The notes under the pieces: model-generated
Database searches by the model: none
Told to the model about the DNA's origin: nothing
The model's input: the letters and a program-made list of their open reading frames with translations, nothing else
Assembly: GCF_001194135.2 (NCBI RefSeq)
Contig: NC_068983.1
Coordinates: 92,800,841 to 92,860,172, forward strand
Reading direction: 5' to 3'
DNA length: 59,332 nt
Source of the DNA: Octopus bimaculoides
Taxonomy: Eukaryota
Made by a program: the position numbers and the translations under genes
Shown here: one piece after another, positions 11,231-25,275 of the stretch
How the letters are laid out: each line of letters opens with the position of its first letter
Numbering within the stretch: position 1 is the stretch's first letter

Positions 11231-11298
11231 CCAAAAGAAGTCAAAAGTGGGACCACAGGAGTTTCAACTCCTGTGGTTCCAGTTTAAGCTTCTTTTGG
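11231..11298. other. 68-nt imperfect hairpin
   Basis: ccaaaagaag/cttcttttgg outer arms and gaccacaggagtt/aactcctgtggtt inner arms around a 2-nt loop. Confidence 0.8.
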
Positions 11299-13127
11299 AA
11301 TATTATGCAACATCTGAAGAACTGCAACATGTTGGTTGGGTATTAAAGTAGAGTGAGTTTCCTCTCCCCATCAGTCAGATCATCATCATCATTTAACGTC
11401 CGCTTTCCATGCTGGCATGGGTTAGATGGATATACAATGCAATTAATCTTTACTTGACAGTACATGCAGGTAAAATATTGATTTCAAATTTTGGCACAAG
11501 GCCAGCAAGTTCAGGAGAGGTGTAAGTCATTTTACATTGACCCCAGTGCTCAACTGATACTTATTTTATTGACCCCCAAAAGGATGACAGACAAAGTTGA
11601 CCTTGGTGAACTCAGAATGTAAAAATGGATGAAATACTGCTAGCCATATTACCAGACATGCTATATGTATATAAAATATTATCAAATAGAATAGTATTTA
11701 AAAACAAACATGTTTTATTGTCAAGTAATATGTTATTCAATCATCAGCACTTCGATAATTTTTTAAAATTGAAACTACATTGTCAGTTTTAATTTTCTGA
11801 AAAAATCTTGAGTGGCTTAGTGGGATGTTTATTTTAGTTATCAGAAAGCTCATGACTATAGCTTCTGTCATATTGCCCCACTCATCTGACCACACATTAT
11901 TTGTTACAGAAGATGCTCACTCAACTGTCGCAGAAATACAGGGAAGAATGTATGGCACCAAGAGTTTTTTTTTCACTAATATACAATGGACAAAATATAA
12001 AAATTGCCACTTCTTTTCCACACTTAGAGTTCTGTGTTGTCCAGACTTCTACTTTAGAAGCCCAAAAGCTCTTTGCAATAACATCTTCATTAAATAATTC
12101 ATCAATATTACTTCCTTTCCAATCCTTTGGTTGATCTTAACTATAAGTGTGTGTGTGTGTACTGCACAATAAAAGAGAAAAACAAACAGAATACTCATAG
12201 GAGAGAAGGTGTATGTTTCCATAAATATATGTGTGTGTGTGTGTGAGGGAAAGAAGAATTAAGTATGATTGTCAAAAATCCAGTAGTTCTTGGTAGCTTG
12301 GTTAAGACAGAGAAAAAAAAAGATAAAAGACAAAAACAGTAAGAGAGATAGCTTAGTCAGTGGTCATTTAGGTGAATTGTCTGTGAAATGAACTGAACCA
12401 TCCTCATGTAAAACATGTCTTATATAAGGCCTAATATAATCAGTTATTACTGTGTGAATGGGTCAGTTTTCAGAACCTTGTTGTTTCCCTCAGCATATGA
12501 AAATTGATTGTTATTAACTTACTTTCCTAGCAGACATCTGATTTTTAAATAGCCTTCTCCTTATTTTCAATTAAAAGAACAATTCTGAATGTTATGATTA
12601 TGCATGAGTAAGTTTGAGGGTTTTAATTTCAAATCCCGGTTGAATTATTTCTATAGTTGTTTCATAATGCATCAAGAAGTCTAATTAATACTTAACATTT
12701 CCTGACAAACCAGGATAAAAAGCATAACAAAAAAAAATTTACACATACTTCGAAAAAGCTGGGAAATAACTTCAAACTGGCTTGGGTGCTAAACCAACAT
12801 TATTAATTCAGGAGAGTCCTGATCAAACTAGGACAAATGAAAGTCCTAATCAGAATGAATATTATAAGTAAGCTAAATGACATCACAGTTGTTTAGCAAT
12901 TTGCCAGCAATGTAGAGATCTGGTTATTATTATTTTTTTCACATATGTTAACTGTTGTGTAACTGTAACACTACTCACTGAAGATCATTTTACTAACAGT
13001 ATAACCAGTACATAAGGAGACAATGAGAGAGTAGTCAATAAACATGCTAGGAATAGCTGTAAAATTCCTTCAAATCTTTAGAAAGTGAGGATATATTAAA
13101 CAGCGATATGATATGGATGTTGTAGTG

Positions 13128-13239
13128 TTATATATATATATATCTATATATAGATACACACACACACACACACACACATATATACATATATAGATATATA
13201 TACTTACATTCATATATATATATATATACATATATAGAT

Positions 13240-13288
<49 letters not shown>

Positions 13289-13465
13289 CATACATATATA
13301 TACACATATAGATATATATATACAAACATACATATATATATATATGTATATATATAGATATACATACATATACATGTATAGATATATATACATATATATA
13401 TAGATATATATACATACATATATATATATGTATATATATCTATATATAATGTATGTATGTATATA
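13128..13465. repeat. Compound (TA)n/(CA)n/(TACA)n microsatellite
   Basis: Directly visible; it is the source of several spurious Y/I-rich ORFs. Confidence 0.95.
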
Positions 13466-14156
13466 TGTGGTGGTTGTCTACTCCATTAAACAGAGTTTGA
13501 CCACCTCCTGCACCTACACCTTAGCCCTTTCANNNNNNNNNNNNNNNNNNNNNNNNNNNNNNNNNNNNNNNNNNNNNNNNNNNNNNNNNNNNNNNNNNNN
13601 NNNNNNNNNNNNNNNNNNNNNNNNNNNNNNNNTAGATAGATAGATAGATACATTGATTGATAGATAATTACGCAATGAAGTATAGAATGTGACCCTCTTG
13701 AGTGCGGGGCCTGATTGGGAGCAATCGGTCCAATCGGTTTATGGCCATCCCTGACAGTAGTGAACTGTAATCTACTGAGTAGGCTGACCAGCTAGTGTTT
13801 AGGGTTGCGAAACAACAATGACTGAATGCAAAAACAATAGCAGTGTGGACGGTTGGTGAATATCTTGCAAAACTCTCCCTCTATGACCTATAACTTGATT
13901 ATATTGAAGAAAAAATATGTCAGGGCTCAATGAAACCAATGATTTGATATTTACCAGCTTGATAAAGATCACAAAACTAAACAACTTGACAGCTGATCTT
14001 TTATATAATTTTTTAAGGCTTATTGGGAGTTAAATAGTGAATGAAATTTCAATTGAATATTTAGGAAAGTGCAAAGTCAACATAACAATTAATGAATGGT
14101 GAGGCGACTTACATGTTTGATCCAATTTTTACATTTTGTTGTCCATAACACACAAA

Positions 14157-14279
14157 TTTTGAATAAGCTAAGTGAGCGAGCAAAAGTTGAGGCAAGAATT
14201 GATTTTTATTACACCATTAAGGTATTATAAAAATTAATTCTTGCCTCAGCTTCTGCCCATTCACTTAGCTTATTCAAAA
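14157..14279. repeat. 123-bp palindrome (53-bp arms, 17-nt loop), MITE-like
   Basis: The arms differ from perfect reverse complements at six positions, all transitions. Confidence 0.85.
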
Positions 14280-14771
14280 GAGAATGACACAAGGAGGTGG
14301 CTAAGGGAGATAACTCTTCTTATATCTGTTCTTGGTTCTGCCTAGGTTTTCCTAGGTTATTCTAGTTCAGGCCAGGTGGACGAATGGATAGATACATAAA
14401 TACATATATAATGGTTTAATGAATGGAACAGCTAGGTAGTTAGTGTGCGTGAGTGCACACGCACAGAATAAAAGGATATATAAAGAGATGGATAGATATA
14501 GACATACATAGAGACAGATAAATAGACAAGATAAGCGAGTATATAAATATATAAGGTTCTTTTAATGCTTGCAGAACTTAAACAGAACCATGCTGGAGCA
14601 CTGTCTTCTAGGATCTAATCTGAATAATTTGACTTTGGTACTTATTTTAAAGTCTAATATTTGTTTTATCGATCTCTATTGTAAATTTGTGGGACATAAA
14701 CTATAAACATGGAAGTCGACACACACACACACACATATATACATATGTATGTATATATATATATATATACA

Positions 14772-15285
14772 TATCATCATCATCGTTTAACGTCTATTTT
14801 CCATGCTGGCATGGGTTGGACGGTTTGACTGAGGTCTGGAGAGCCAGTGGCTGCACCAGGCTCCAATCTGATCTGACAATGTTTCTACAGCTGGATGCCC
14901 TTCCTAACACCAACCACTCCGAGAGTGTAGTGGGTGCTTTTTACATGCTACCAGTACAGGAGCCAGTCAGGAAGGCCTGGCATCGATTACGTTCAGATAG
15001 TGCTGTTTACATGCCACAGGTCTTCTCAAGCATATCATATCACCTGATGCATCAGGGGTACTCTTAACTAGGCCAGACATGCCTGGCTGCGATCTCACTT
15101 TAGTTGCCAGATCTTCTCAGTCGCAGCATATCTCCAAAGGTCTCGGTCTCCTGTCATTGCCTCAGTGAGGCCCAATGTTTGAAGGTCATGCTTCATCACC
15201 TCATCCCATGTCTTCCTGGGTCTACCTCTTCCACATGTTCCTTCCACAGTTAAGGAGTGGCACTTCCTCACACAGCTGTCTTCAT
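14772..15285 (-). mobile_element. RTE LINE 3' end with (GAT)n tail
   Basis: DEDSCVRKCHSLTVEGTCGRGRPRKTWDEVMKHDLQTLGLTEAMTGDRDLWRY on the minus strand; same 3' UTR and tail as 4429-5190. Confidence 0.85.
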
Positions 15286-15659
15286 CCATACATAACACAT
15301 GCACATGCACACGCACACACACACACACACACACATATATATAGTCACACAGGCCATCACAGAACATTTACAACTGGATTTCCTTGAGAGCTCCCATATA
15401 CTAATGATCTAGCTGAATCTATAGAAGTGTTACAGTGGAAATTCTGGGCATGGAAGATGATCCTATAATTGAGTGGTCTGAAGGAAAAGTTAGCAAAGAC
15501 AAATGTTCTAGTAGGGAAGAAAGAAGGCAAGACCCTGGTTCCATCAAGGAAATGACCTTGCACAATATGCAGAAAAGGAGTAGGTATAAATTCCATATAC
15601 TGTACATAATATAAACAATGGACACACAAGAGATGTGGAATCAAAGGCAGATAGCAGAG

Positions 15660-16200
15660 AACATAAGCTTTGTATGTGACAAATGTACAAGAGCAGTATG
15701 TACTATGAATACAGCAAAAATAAATGCTCTTGAATGCCAGGATGGTTCACTGTAAGTAGTTGATAGATTTTGTTACCTAGATGATGTAATTAGCAAGGGA
15801 GGTGGCTACTCTGAAAGTATAGCAGTCAGAGTAAGAACAGGGTGCAGAAAGGTTAGGAAGCTATTACCATTGTTGGCAACAAAGGTATTTTTCCATAGAT
15901 TGTATGACACTTGTGTTGGAACTGCAATGCTATATGATGGTGAGACATAGGCCTTGTAAGCAGAGGACTTGAGAAGATTGCAAGATTGAATGAACAACAT
16001 AGTATAAATGTGCTGAGAGAAAAACAGCATAAGGGGAGTCAGTTGCAGTTTGTAAGAAAGAAGATTGCAATGACATGGATATGTAATATATATATGGAAG
16101 ATGAAGACCTAGAAAAACATGGGATAAAATTGTAAGGCTGATCTCAGGACCCTGAACCTCATGGAGAAGATGAGAAAGGACCAGAATGTCTGGCAATATG
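15660..16200 (+). mobile_element. Older RTE reverse-transcriptase C-terminal fragment
   Basis: Degenerate VVDRFCYLDDVISKGGGYSESIAVRVRTG...LLPLLATK...TAMLYDGET; homologous to 5500-5700 and 55600-55800. Confidence 0.7.
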
Positions 16201-16914
16201 AGGATCTCAAGAAAATCTGCCCACCTTTGTGAAACTGACTCCTATATGCACTGTTTGCATGTATAAGTACATATAGACACCTTGTCCAGTNNNNNNNNNN
16301 AAATTGTAAGGCTGATCTCAGGACCCTGAACCTCATGGAGAAGATGAGAAAGGACCAGAATGTCTGGCAATATGAGGATCTCAAGAAAATCTGCCCACCT
16401 TTGTGAAACTGACTCCTATATGCACTGTTTGCATGTATAAGTACATATAGACACCTTGTCCAGTAATTTCTCTCATTGTGACTACCCCCTCTCCACACAC
16501 CAAGATAATTGTACTTTCTTGATACCTTGAACTGTTTTACTTGTTAGTCTTTCGTCATCCATTAAGCATTGTTCTTGCCCACATTAGTGATTCATCTCTC
16601 TCACGAAATTATCTCCTCTCATGCACTATACCTGCCTCTCTCCCCATCTCAACCACATGTCATCACTTTCTTGTTTTCCCTGTTAACTGTATTACTATCC
16701 TGCTGCTCTTCCCCACTCTCTTCTATACTCCTCTACCTTCCCCAACTCATGCATCATTGGTCATCCATTACTCCCAATACTTTTCAATCCCGATCTTTAA
16801 AGTTGTTACCTACCTCCTATTTGCTCACATCTCTTGCTCACCCATAAATTCTTGCAAAATCCTATCCCAACACACTTCTACACATCTCGTACATTGAGAA
16901 AACATCTGGACTGA

Positions 16915-17780
16915 GTCTAGGACATTTACCCCACCCCATAGACAATAACCCCCCTGAAGGACAAGTACCCCTGAGGACAACAACCCCCTAGGACAATTAC
17001 CCCTAAGCAGTGTACTGTATTTTCCGATGTATAAGCCACTCTTTTTACCTGGGAAATTTAGTGTGTGGCTAGAGAAAGGTGCACCTAATGTGTGTATGTT
17101 TCAGAGGAAAATAATTTGTGTATGGAGATCAAATGATTCCACTGATTTTTTCAGAGGAAAAGTCGGTCAGGAAACAATGTGAAAGACTACTGCTACAGTA
17201 CATTGGTGCCTGGAAGAAACAAAGTATATTTCTTTTGTTTGAACTTCATATTTTGATAATGTTATTTTTAATTTAATAAAGACTTTAATACTGATGAAAT
17301 GTGTTTGTTGTTGGCTATAGTAAGATAAAATCATAACAATAACAATATATCTCAGAGTTGTAAAATAAGGCATTTTGAAACTATATACACATCAACAACA
17401 AAAAAGCTAGCTGTGGACCCGTAGCTCTATAGGTTTTTTAAACACTGGTGCACTTTATGTGTGGATAAAACTAAAATTTTCCCCCAATTTGGCCCTGCGG
17501 CTTAAATACCGATGTGTTTTATAGACTTAATCCTTGGCGGGTTTTGCTAAAACAGCTATCTAAAAAAAATATTTAGATGTTTCAGCTCGTATTAATGCCA
17601 TAGTTAGCAATTATGAAAGCATAAATGCGGTACAATATTTGTAAGGAAACATACATAATTTGTACTTTTAGATGATTTAAAACTTCTTAATATATTGGAG
17701 AGGGGCTAATTAACCAAGAGAGGTGATTGTCCAAGGGGGTAGTTGTCATTGGGGGGAATTGTCCTGATATGTCTAGACTT
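16915..17780. mobile_element. Foldback-like non-autonomous DNA element with inverted arrays of GGACAA(T)TACCCC units, containing a pogo/Tc2-like MITE relic (~17013-17530)
   Basis: About 5 units at 16920-17005 and reverse-oriented units at 17700-17770. Internal start tactgtattttccgatgtataagcc resembles recalled Tc2/pogo termini. Confidence 0.5.
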
Positions 17781-20373
17781 GCAACTCCTGATCATTCTCA
17801 CTCTCTCTTTCCTAAAGATGAGTAACCTTGTAGTTTCTCTACAAGAGTCTGCATATCCCTTCTTCCTCCCAATTTTTCATACTTTACTCCATCATCTCCT
17901 CACATAAATGCCTCCTTTGTAGTCTGTGAGCTGTATGGTGACCTCACAAGTGCTCAAGAGATGAAAAAAAGCAACCAGTACACGCTCTAAAGTGGTTGAT
18001 ATTAGGAAGGGCATCCTGCCATAGAAACCATACCAAAGCAGACACTGGAACATGATGCAATCCTTGCCCCCATTAGATCTTGTCATAGTGTCCAAACCTT
18101 GCCAGCAAGACAACACAGCACAGCAGAACACAAAACAACAAAAATTCTTGTTATTGCTTTAATATGGTTGCTTGACATACTAGAGATTACCACCAAATTC
18201 TCTCAAATCACTCCTTATCTCAAAAAGTGAAGATCACATTGGATATAATCACAGAAACACTGTTTCTGCAATAAAAGATGAGACAACTATGGTTGGAGTG
18301 TTTATTGCTCATAGGTCTGCTTGATCAAGATTAAGCTGGGGCTAAAGAGCAACAACAACAATGTTCACCAATAAGCATTAATATTGTTGATGTACAACAT
18401 CAACAAAATGAATAAAAATAACATCAACAACAGCTGTAGCAGCAGCTATATCAACAATATCAATAACAACAGCAGTATCATCAACAACATGACAACACAA
18501 GGCAATATATACAATCCAACTGAATATAACACAATTGAATACAACTAGGGAGTAATTGAGCCAACTTGGGAGCCTCTTATGGGGTTGCTCAACAGGCTAT
18601 CAATACAAACAATGAAGCTAACATTATGGAATAGATAAAGAATAATATTCCCAGGACATCACCCAAATATTTTTGGTAAGTATTTAAAAAACGTTTACAG
18701 AAGACTGTTTTGGAAATCATCATTTTATTTGAGGTGGATACTGTAGAGCAAGGGAACAAATAACAATGCTCCTGGCCAAACAAGAAGATAATACGGTTTC
18801 TATTGCTGGTTGAAGATGTTTCATCTATGCTGATGCCCTTAGGAAAAGGCATGAATGTAGTAATATTCCTTTTCACTTGTTAAATTATAGGTCCTGCCCT
18901 TTGTACCTGCTGGAAAAGAAATCAATATCTCAACACCTGATTAAATGGAATGACAACCATAGTACTGGTGAGGCTTAAACTGCCAAGTTATTGATTTTGC
19001 ACATCAATTAAAATATTGATTTTTAAGGAGAATCAATGAAAATTTGAAGAAAAAAATCCCTGTATATTTCAAGATTTCAAGATTTATCCTGAAGTATTTA
19101 GAAATAATTTTCCACTGTTAAGAATTGGAAGATTAGATATTAGCACTAAAACTGTTGTTGAATAAAAGAACTTCTTAACCTTGACTTCTTTATGACATCA
19201 ATATCTGAGCCACATTAACTTTATTATTATTCAATATCAGACAGGATTTAATTTTGTGAAATTTGAAAATTTCTATATAGCAGGGGTTTCTAGCTTTTAT
19301 CATCTCTTGGATAAGATGGAAAAGTGGCAAGAATGCTAGAGTATCAGATAAATCTAGCATGCCATCTGCTTTCATATTGCCACTTAGGTTGCTTTTTGTG
19401 GAGTCAACTCTACTGTAATCGTTTGGACCAGACATCCTGGTTCTTTGAGCGTATTTTCCCTGCAGAACTTCAGTTTGTGAGATCATGCAAAGGTCACAGG
19501 GATTGTGCCCACTTTACTGATTAACTTACAACCTTTCTCTCTATCTTGGAAACACACATACACACTCATATAATGTATGTGTGTACAGATATATCTACAT
19601 GAACCAGTGCAATCCCAAATATCTGAAAGAGCCTGCAGTGGTCATAAGCACTGCTACCCCACCTGACATTATTTAATTCAAAAACACCTGGTGTATTTCT
19701 AACTACATGTTTTAGTTAAAATTCTGCTGGTATTGATTTGTCTTTTGATATATTTTCATAGTATGTAACTAAATAATGGAGCTTAGATTTGTCACAGGCA
19801 ATGCAGAAGCACTAGTTATCTCTGCATATGTACTACAGCCAAGACTGACACATAAGCAAAAGGGTCATATCTATGAGTTTCTTTGTTAGACCACCTCAAT
19901 TACAGATAACAGTAACATTGTTATCATGACTGTAGATTTGATATGTTGAGCAACACCATATCATCTTTTCTGGTGTACCTGAAAGTTGTGTTTATTGGTA
20001 CTTAGAATGAAGAGAGAGCAAAACTCTTAGAACTCTGTGATGCAAATGACAAACCATTTGCAACATTAACTTTAGAAAACCATTCACTCATCACTAATGA
20101 AGCAAACATGCAAGCCAGATCGCAGTGTCCATGAACACTGCAAGCTCTCTCAGATCCTTGAGATTGAACTGGTTCATGTAGAAGTATCTGTACACACATA
20201 CATTATATGAGTGTGTGTGTGTTTCAAAGATAGCTATAAGTTAATCAATAAAGTGGGCACAATGCCTGCAACATTTACATGATCTCTCAAATTAAAATCT
20301 GCTCAAAGATATAACTGAATACCATGCCCACCCAGAAAAGAAAGGAAATGAAGACAGAACTTTGGTATATACT

Positions 20374-21332
20374 TGTAGCGTACGACTTAGGGAAATTCCT
20401 CTCTCTCTGTTATATATACATAAATATGGACGTAGTAGATAACAGGTAGCTTTCGGCTGCCGATTTGGACCCTGTTGTGTCCACTACTCTGATTGGTTGG
20501 TATTGGCGCAATTTGTCTCTTGCTCTATTGCACGCCAAGATGCAACCCAACCAATTGCAGCCTTCAGATAAGGTCACATGAGACGGTCTCTCCTAAACTT
20601 CCGGTGAACCGACGGCATGCTATAAAACTTCAGTGACATATCGAGTCGATATCTTTCGGTTCCAGACCTTTTGAGGTCTAGCCACTGACCACAGAGCACA
20701 CAGCCAGTTTCAGCAATGACACGACAGCAGCCACATGGAGACTCATCAACACTCGGCAGCAGCATATGGCAATCTCCATCTTCTAAACGACATCAATATC
20801 ATCTCTTTGTGTACACAGCAACCAGCAGCACTCGCACAGGTTCTATCTCCACACTGTTTGTGAACTACTTCACCATGGTTAACAGCAAATAAATCCTGTG
20901 ACAACCTTGTGTAACAAGAGACCGGCTCTGCATAGTAGCCACAACTTCTTATACGACAGTACCTCAACTGGCTCTGCATTGCAGCCACAACTTCTTGATA
21001 CGGCATTTCAACTATCGTGTACCTTGACTATGAACTGGTATTTTTCATCGTGTCTGAACATTCTTCTCACGTCATATTATAGACTCTTTCTATGCTCTGT
21101 ACTTATCGCACACGTCCATGTTTGTACACACACACACTTTGTATACATGACAGCCTGTCTATTATTATGCATATATGTCGCACACACAGACACATATGTT
21201 AACTTATCAATAAAATCTTCTCTTAAACATTCTACCCTGGTTGTGTCTCTCTTTTCCTTTTGGAACTTATACTCATCCTTTTCATACTAAAGGAGCCATT
21301 CTCGTCACCTCTCCTTCGCATGGTCGTTTACA
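20374..21332 (+). mobile_element. Solo LTR (959 bp), probably Ty3/Gypsy type
   Basis: TGTAG...TTACA termini with an imperfect inverted repeat. TACT at 20370-20373 and 21333-21336 (4-bp TSD). TATAAAA at 20621, AATAAA at 21209. CpG-rich relative to the flanks. Confidence 0.85.
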
Positions 21333-24043
21333 TACTTAACTATATACTAAATTCTTCATAGAATTTTCAACAATTCTCATCTTACCTACATAATAGTAGT
21401 GTCTTGCATATGTAATATAGTGAGTTGAAGTACTTTTATGAACTGAGATTATCCATGGAGTTATGATAATAATTAACTTATTGCACAACAACTCACCAGA
21501 AAAGGTAGCCAAAAGTGCATGTACAGTACAAAGAATATTGCACAGAAAGCAAACAGTAAATGAATAATTTAAAATAAAGTTGGGGGTGGATGGCATCAGG
21601 TGTACTATCTGAATTTTGGGAAGCATGGAAGTTTTGAAGGATGTAGTATCCCAAAAGCTAATAACCAATGCAGGTGGTCTATTCCATACTTCAGCAATTC
21701 TGAACATGAAAAATTGTTTTTGCAAGTCATTATCTATAGTTGAAACCTAAAAAATCCATAGAAGAAGAAAAAATCTTGCCTGTTTAAGCTTTGACCAAAA
21801 GGTAGTAATTGAATGAAAGTTTCATACCTGTGCACAAGTATAGCTAAAAGAAAGTAAGGTGTGGTGGGATGTCAGTCCAAGACAGCATTTTTGGTGGGGT
21901 AGAACTATATATATGCAGTCAAATGACAAACATGTAAAAGAATAAAAGAATATCTTTAATTTTACAAACCAATTCATAGGTAGTACAATGTAATAGCAGG
22001 AGGGTTACCAGTGTCTCAACACTGCTTGACAACTGGTGTTGGTTTGTTTATGTCCCTGTAACGTATAAATTTGGCAAAAGAGACTGATAGAGACCAAGCT
22101 AAGAAAAAAAGAAAAGTACTGAGGCTGATCCATTTGATTAAAAATTCTTCAAAGTAGTGCCCCAGCAAGGCCATAGTCTAATGACTGAAACAAGTAAAAG
22201 ATAAAAAAAAAAAGACTACTACCTTAGAACATCAGCTTGTGATCTCTGTAATTACCCCCAAGTAGTGAATCTTCTCTGTTCTTACAACAGTTTACAAGAT
22301 TACAATAACAGTTATTAAAGAGGTAACATTTTCCTAAATTACAGCTTAACTAAATGATTATGAGCCAGCCAACTGGAAAGTTTTTGCACAGTCAATTGAA
22401 TAGATAAAAATAACAGCTAAATTTTCCTGAAGTCATTTCATTAGGATATATTGAATTATATAGACTAAAGTATACTATTTCTGAATAAAAAAACAGTATG
22501 GTCATTACTGTAATGTCCTTGGCCTGCTTGCTCAGAACGAACTTGGTGTTAAAAAATGGCAGCAATAATGAATAAATGACTAATAATTTTAAATGAGTTA
22601 ATATAACATACATTTTTTTTTGTTTTGATCACAACCAACTGAACATGTTCATATCTTGAATTATTGTAGAGCTACCATGTTTGTAAACTGAAACAAAATG
22701 ATCAATAATGAGCAATAACAACAAACAATGAAATTTCTTGTATAAAATATAAAAATTTATTTTCAAAATTCAAACTAATTGAGAAGGTTGCAATACAGCT
22801 CATTTTCTTTGCTGTTGATCAGATTTGCAGGTGAATACATCTACAGTAAAAAATATTTTGGAAGCAGAATTAGAAAACTTCAGTCCATAACATTGTGATA
22901 TGATCTTTCCACTTTGTTCAGTTGAAGTAAGAAAAAAAAATGTGTAGATGGAGAAACCAGCAGAAATGAATATATTTACATTAGGGGATAAATTGTCTTT
23001 TAAAATAAGGAAAATAATACAAAATCAGAAGATAATGTAGAAAAAAAAAAGATTTCATTAAAATAATAAAAAAATATTGACTTTATACACACATACACAC
23101 ACTTGTTTTATAATAAAATAGCTTCAAAAGGTGTGACATTTTAAACACTTCACATATATATANNNNNNNNNNNNNNNNNNNNNNNNNNNNNNNNNNNNNN
23201 NNNNNNNNNNNNNNNNNNNNNNNNNNNNNNNNNNNNNNNNNNNNNNNNNNNNNNNNNNNNNNNNNNNNNNNATATATATATATATATATATATATAAATG
23301 AAAATATGCCTGTAAATATTTATTTATAGAATGCCACTACCTTACATCAACTGTGGTGTTCGTTCATCCTAACTAATTAAACACTAAAATAAAAGGGATA
23401 TCTACAGATATTATGATAGAATCAAAGAATTCCTCATAGATTAACAAAGTAAAAAATTGTGAAAAGAAATTTGTTTATAAGAAAAGAAAACTAAAAATTC
23501 ATGGAATTGGCACGGCAGTGTAAAATAATGTGGGAATTTATTAGATAATCTCAAAGATTAGTTCTTAAACCAATTAAGCATTAACTTTGGAACTAAAAAA
23601 AATATTTTCTTTTTAGCTTTTTTTTCTTTTTTTTCATTTTCTTCTGTTGTTAAAGGAGATATTTTGCAAGTTCCTGATATAAAATAGATCAGCAGAACAT
23701 GAAGAGGGAGGCTTCTTTGTTAGATTTCATTAAGACAATATTTATTATTTCTAGTTCTTATAATTTGTATATTCAAACATACATGTATGCTTCTTTATGC
23801 ATGAGTGCACACATGCATACTTGATAGTATGCAGATGCATACCTATGTAAGTGTGTATGTGAGCAGCTGTGTTTGTATGCGAGTAGTGTATATTCATGAT
23901 GTCTATGAAATGTATAAATGCCTGTTTCATATGATATATCACATCAAAGACATGTGATGAAAGGCGGTGTTAAATCCCATTTCACTGTTATTCCTAAACT
24001 GTTCCGCAACCCAATGCAGATTTGTGTGAAATCTTGTGAAATT

Positions 24044-24231
24044 TTAAACAAACCACTCTTGCCGTTTGGGAATTGGTAAACCTTCTTGATTATACATAAT
24101 GGCCATATCTGGATTATCAGCCAAGTCAGCACCTTTAGCTTCTTTAGTTTCATAGTCTCCTTTCTGTCTTGTATGGTAGCAGATTATGTACAATACAATT
24201 ATCAAGATCAATAGAAACAGAGATAAAACCA
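24044..24231 (-). CDS. Nrx-IV: Neurexin IV / contactin-associated protein-like (CNTNAP), terminal coding exon
   Basis: Acceptor ttttttcag at 24232-24240 (minus). Encodes TM helix VVLSLFLLILIIVLYII, band-4.1-binding RQKGDYETKEAKGA and PDZ-binding tail KRQEWFV*, matching the recalled CASPR2 KGTYHTNEAKGA...KKEWLI architecture. Confidence 0.92.
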
Positions 24232-25275
24232 CTGAAAAAAGAACAAAAACAAAAAAGGTAACAATTATAAACTGAATTCTTAATGTCAAAGGAACAATAA
24301 GATGGTAATTAATAGGAAATCACACAAGAGAATCAAATATTTTTAGGAATATTTTTTATGTATCAGTTTCTCCATCAATTGCAACACATAAAAGCAAGCA
24401 TTATTTTCTAGAAAATCCATAAAGTTTTAAATGAAGAATTAAGCATCAGTTTTCTCTTCTATTCTGATATTATAGACTCAGTTACATTGGCACACAGCAA
24501 TATAGGTCATCACATGGCTTTTAACTAACCATTGACCTACAAATGAATTTATCAATGGAAGTAGCCTGAAGTTCTCCAATAATGTTGAATTCTTAGTAAC
24601 TTGGAAGCAAAATAAGAAGCTGATATTATTTGAAATAAACTGTAAAAACATCTACATTCTACTTGTGACTATACATCATTATGTAGCAGCATCTGATCAG
24701 TGGTCAGGTTTAATGCTTACCAGTCAGAACTGTCTGGGAGTATGCATTTGTTCTGTTAAAGCATTCCCTGCTCATTGGTTTAGTAAACTCTGGTTTGAGC
24801 TTTTACAACAGAAATTATTTGTACTGAAAAGTATCTATTTTAAACCAGGACTTAGTGAGAAAGTATTGACTTACACACATGATGTTCTTATAACTGTATG
24901 GGATATCTTGGAAATCAAGAAGATTTAGAATGCATGGTGGTGGAAAAAGGAGTAAGAACTAAACAGGAAATGTTGGAGGGTTTGCAAAACATCAGCTGCC
25001 AGTCTTTAGACTAAGATTAAACAGGAGGAGTTCTAGTTTTGTTCAGAATGATAGAAACTAAGGTAAAAGACATGTTGGTCATTCTCAGTCAGGAATTGGT
25101 AAAGACGAAGCTATTCTTGGAAAGGTATGGGGAGATAATTGATAGATTTGTAATCAACGCAATAACAACATCACTGTTACCATAACACACTGCTAATGAA
25201 CTCTACCCTATTAAACACTAATAGTGTATCATAATACATTATTATACACCACTAATGAACTACAATAGCCCATTA

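Noticed and set aside
13070-13643. Y/I/M-rich ORFs, and likewise poly-L/N/I ORFs at 108-305, 28650-29003 and 37649-38010
   Set aside because: Translations of di- and trinucleotide microsatellites.
16127-16464. Exact 164-bp direct repeat (16127-16290 and 16301-16464)
   Set aside because: Identical copies flank a 10-N gap, typical of an unmerged contig overlap; assembly artefact.
19975-20145. Protein-like frame LKVVFIGT*NEERAKLLELCD...
   Set aside because: Internal stop, no recognisable motif, no splice support.
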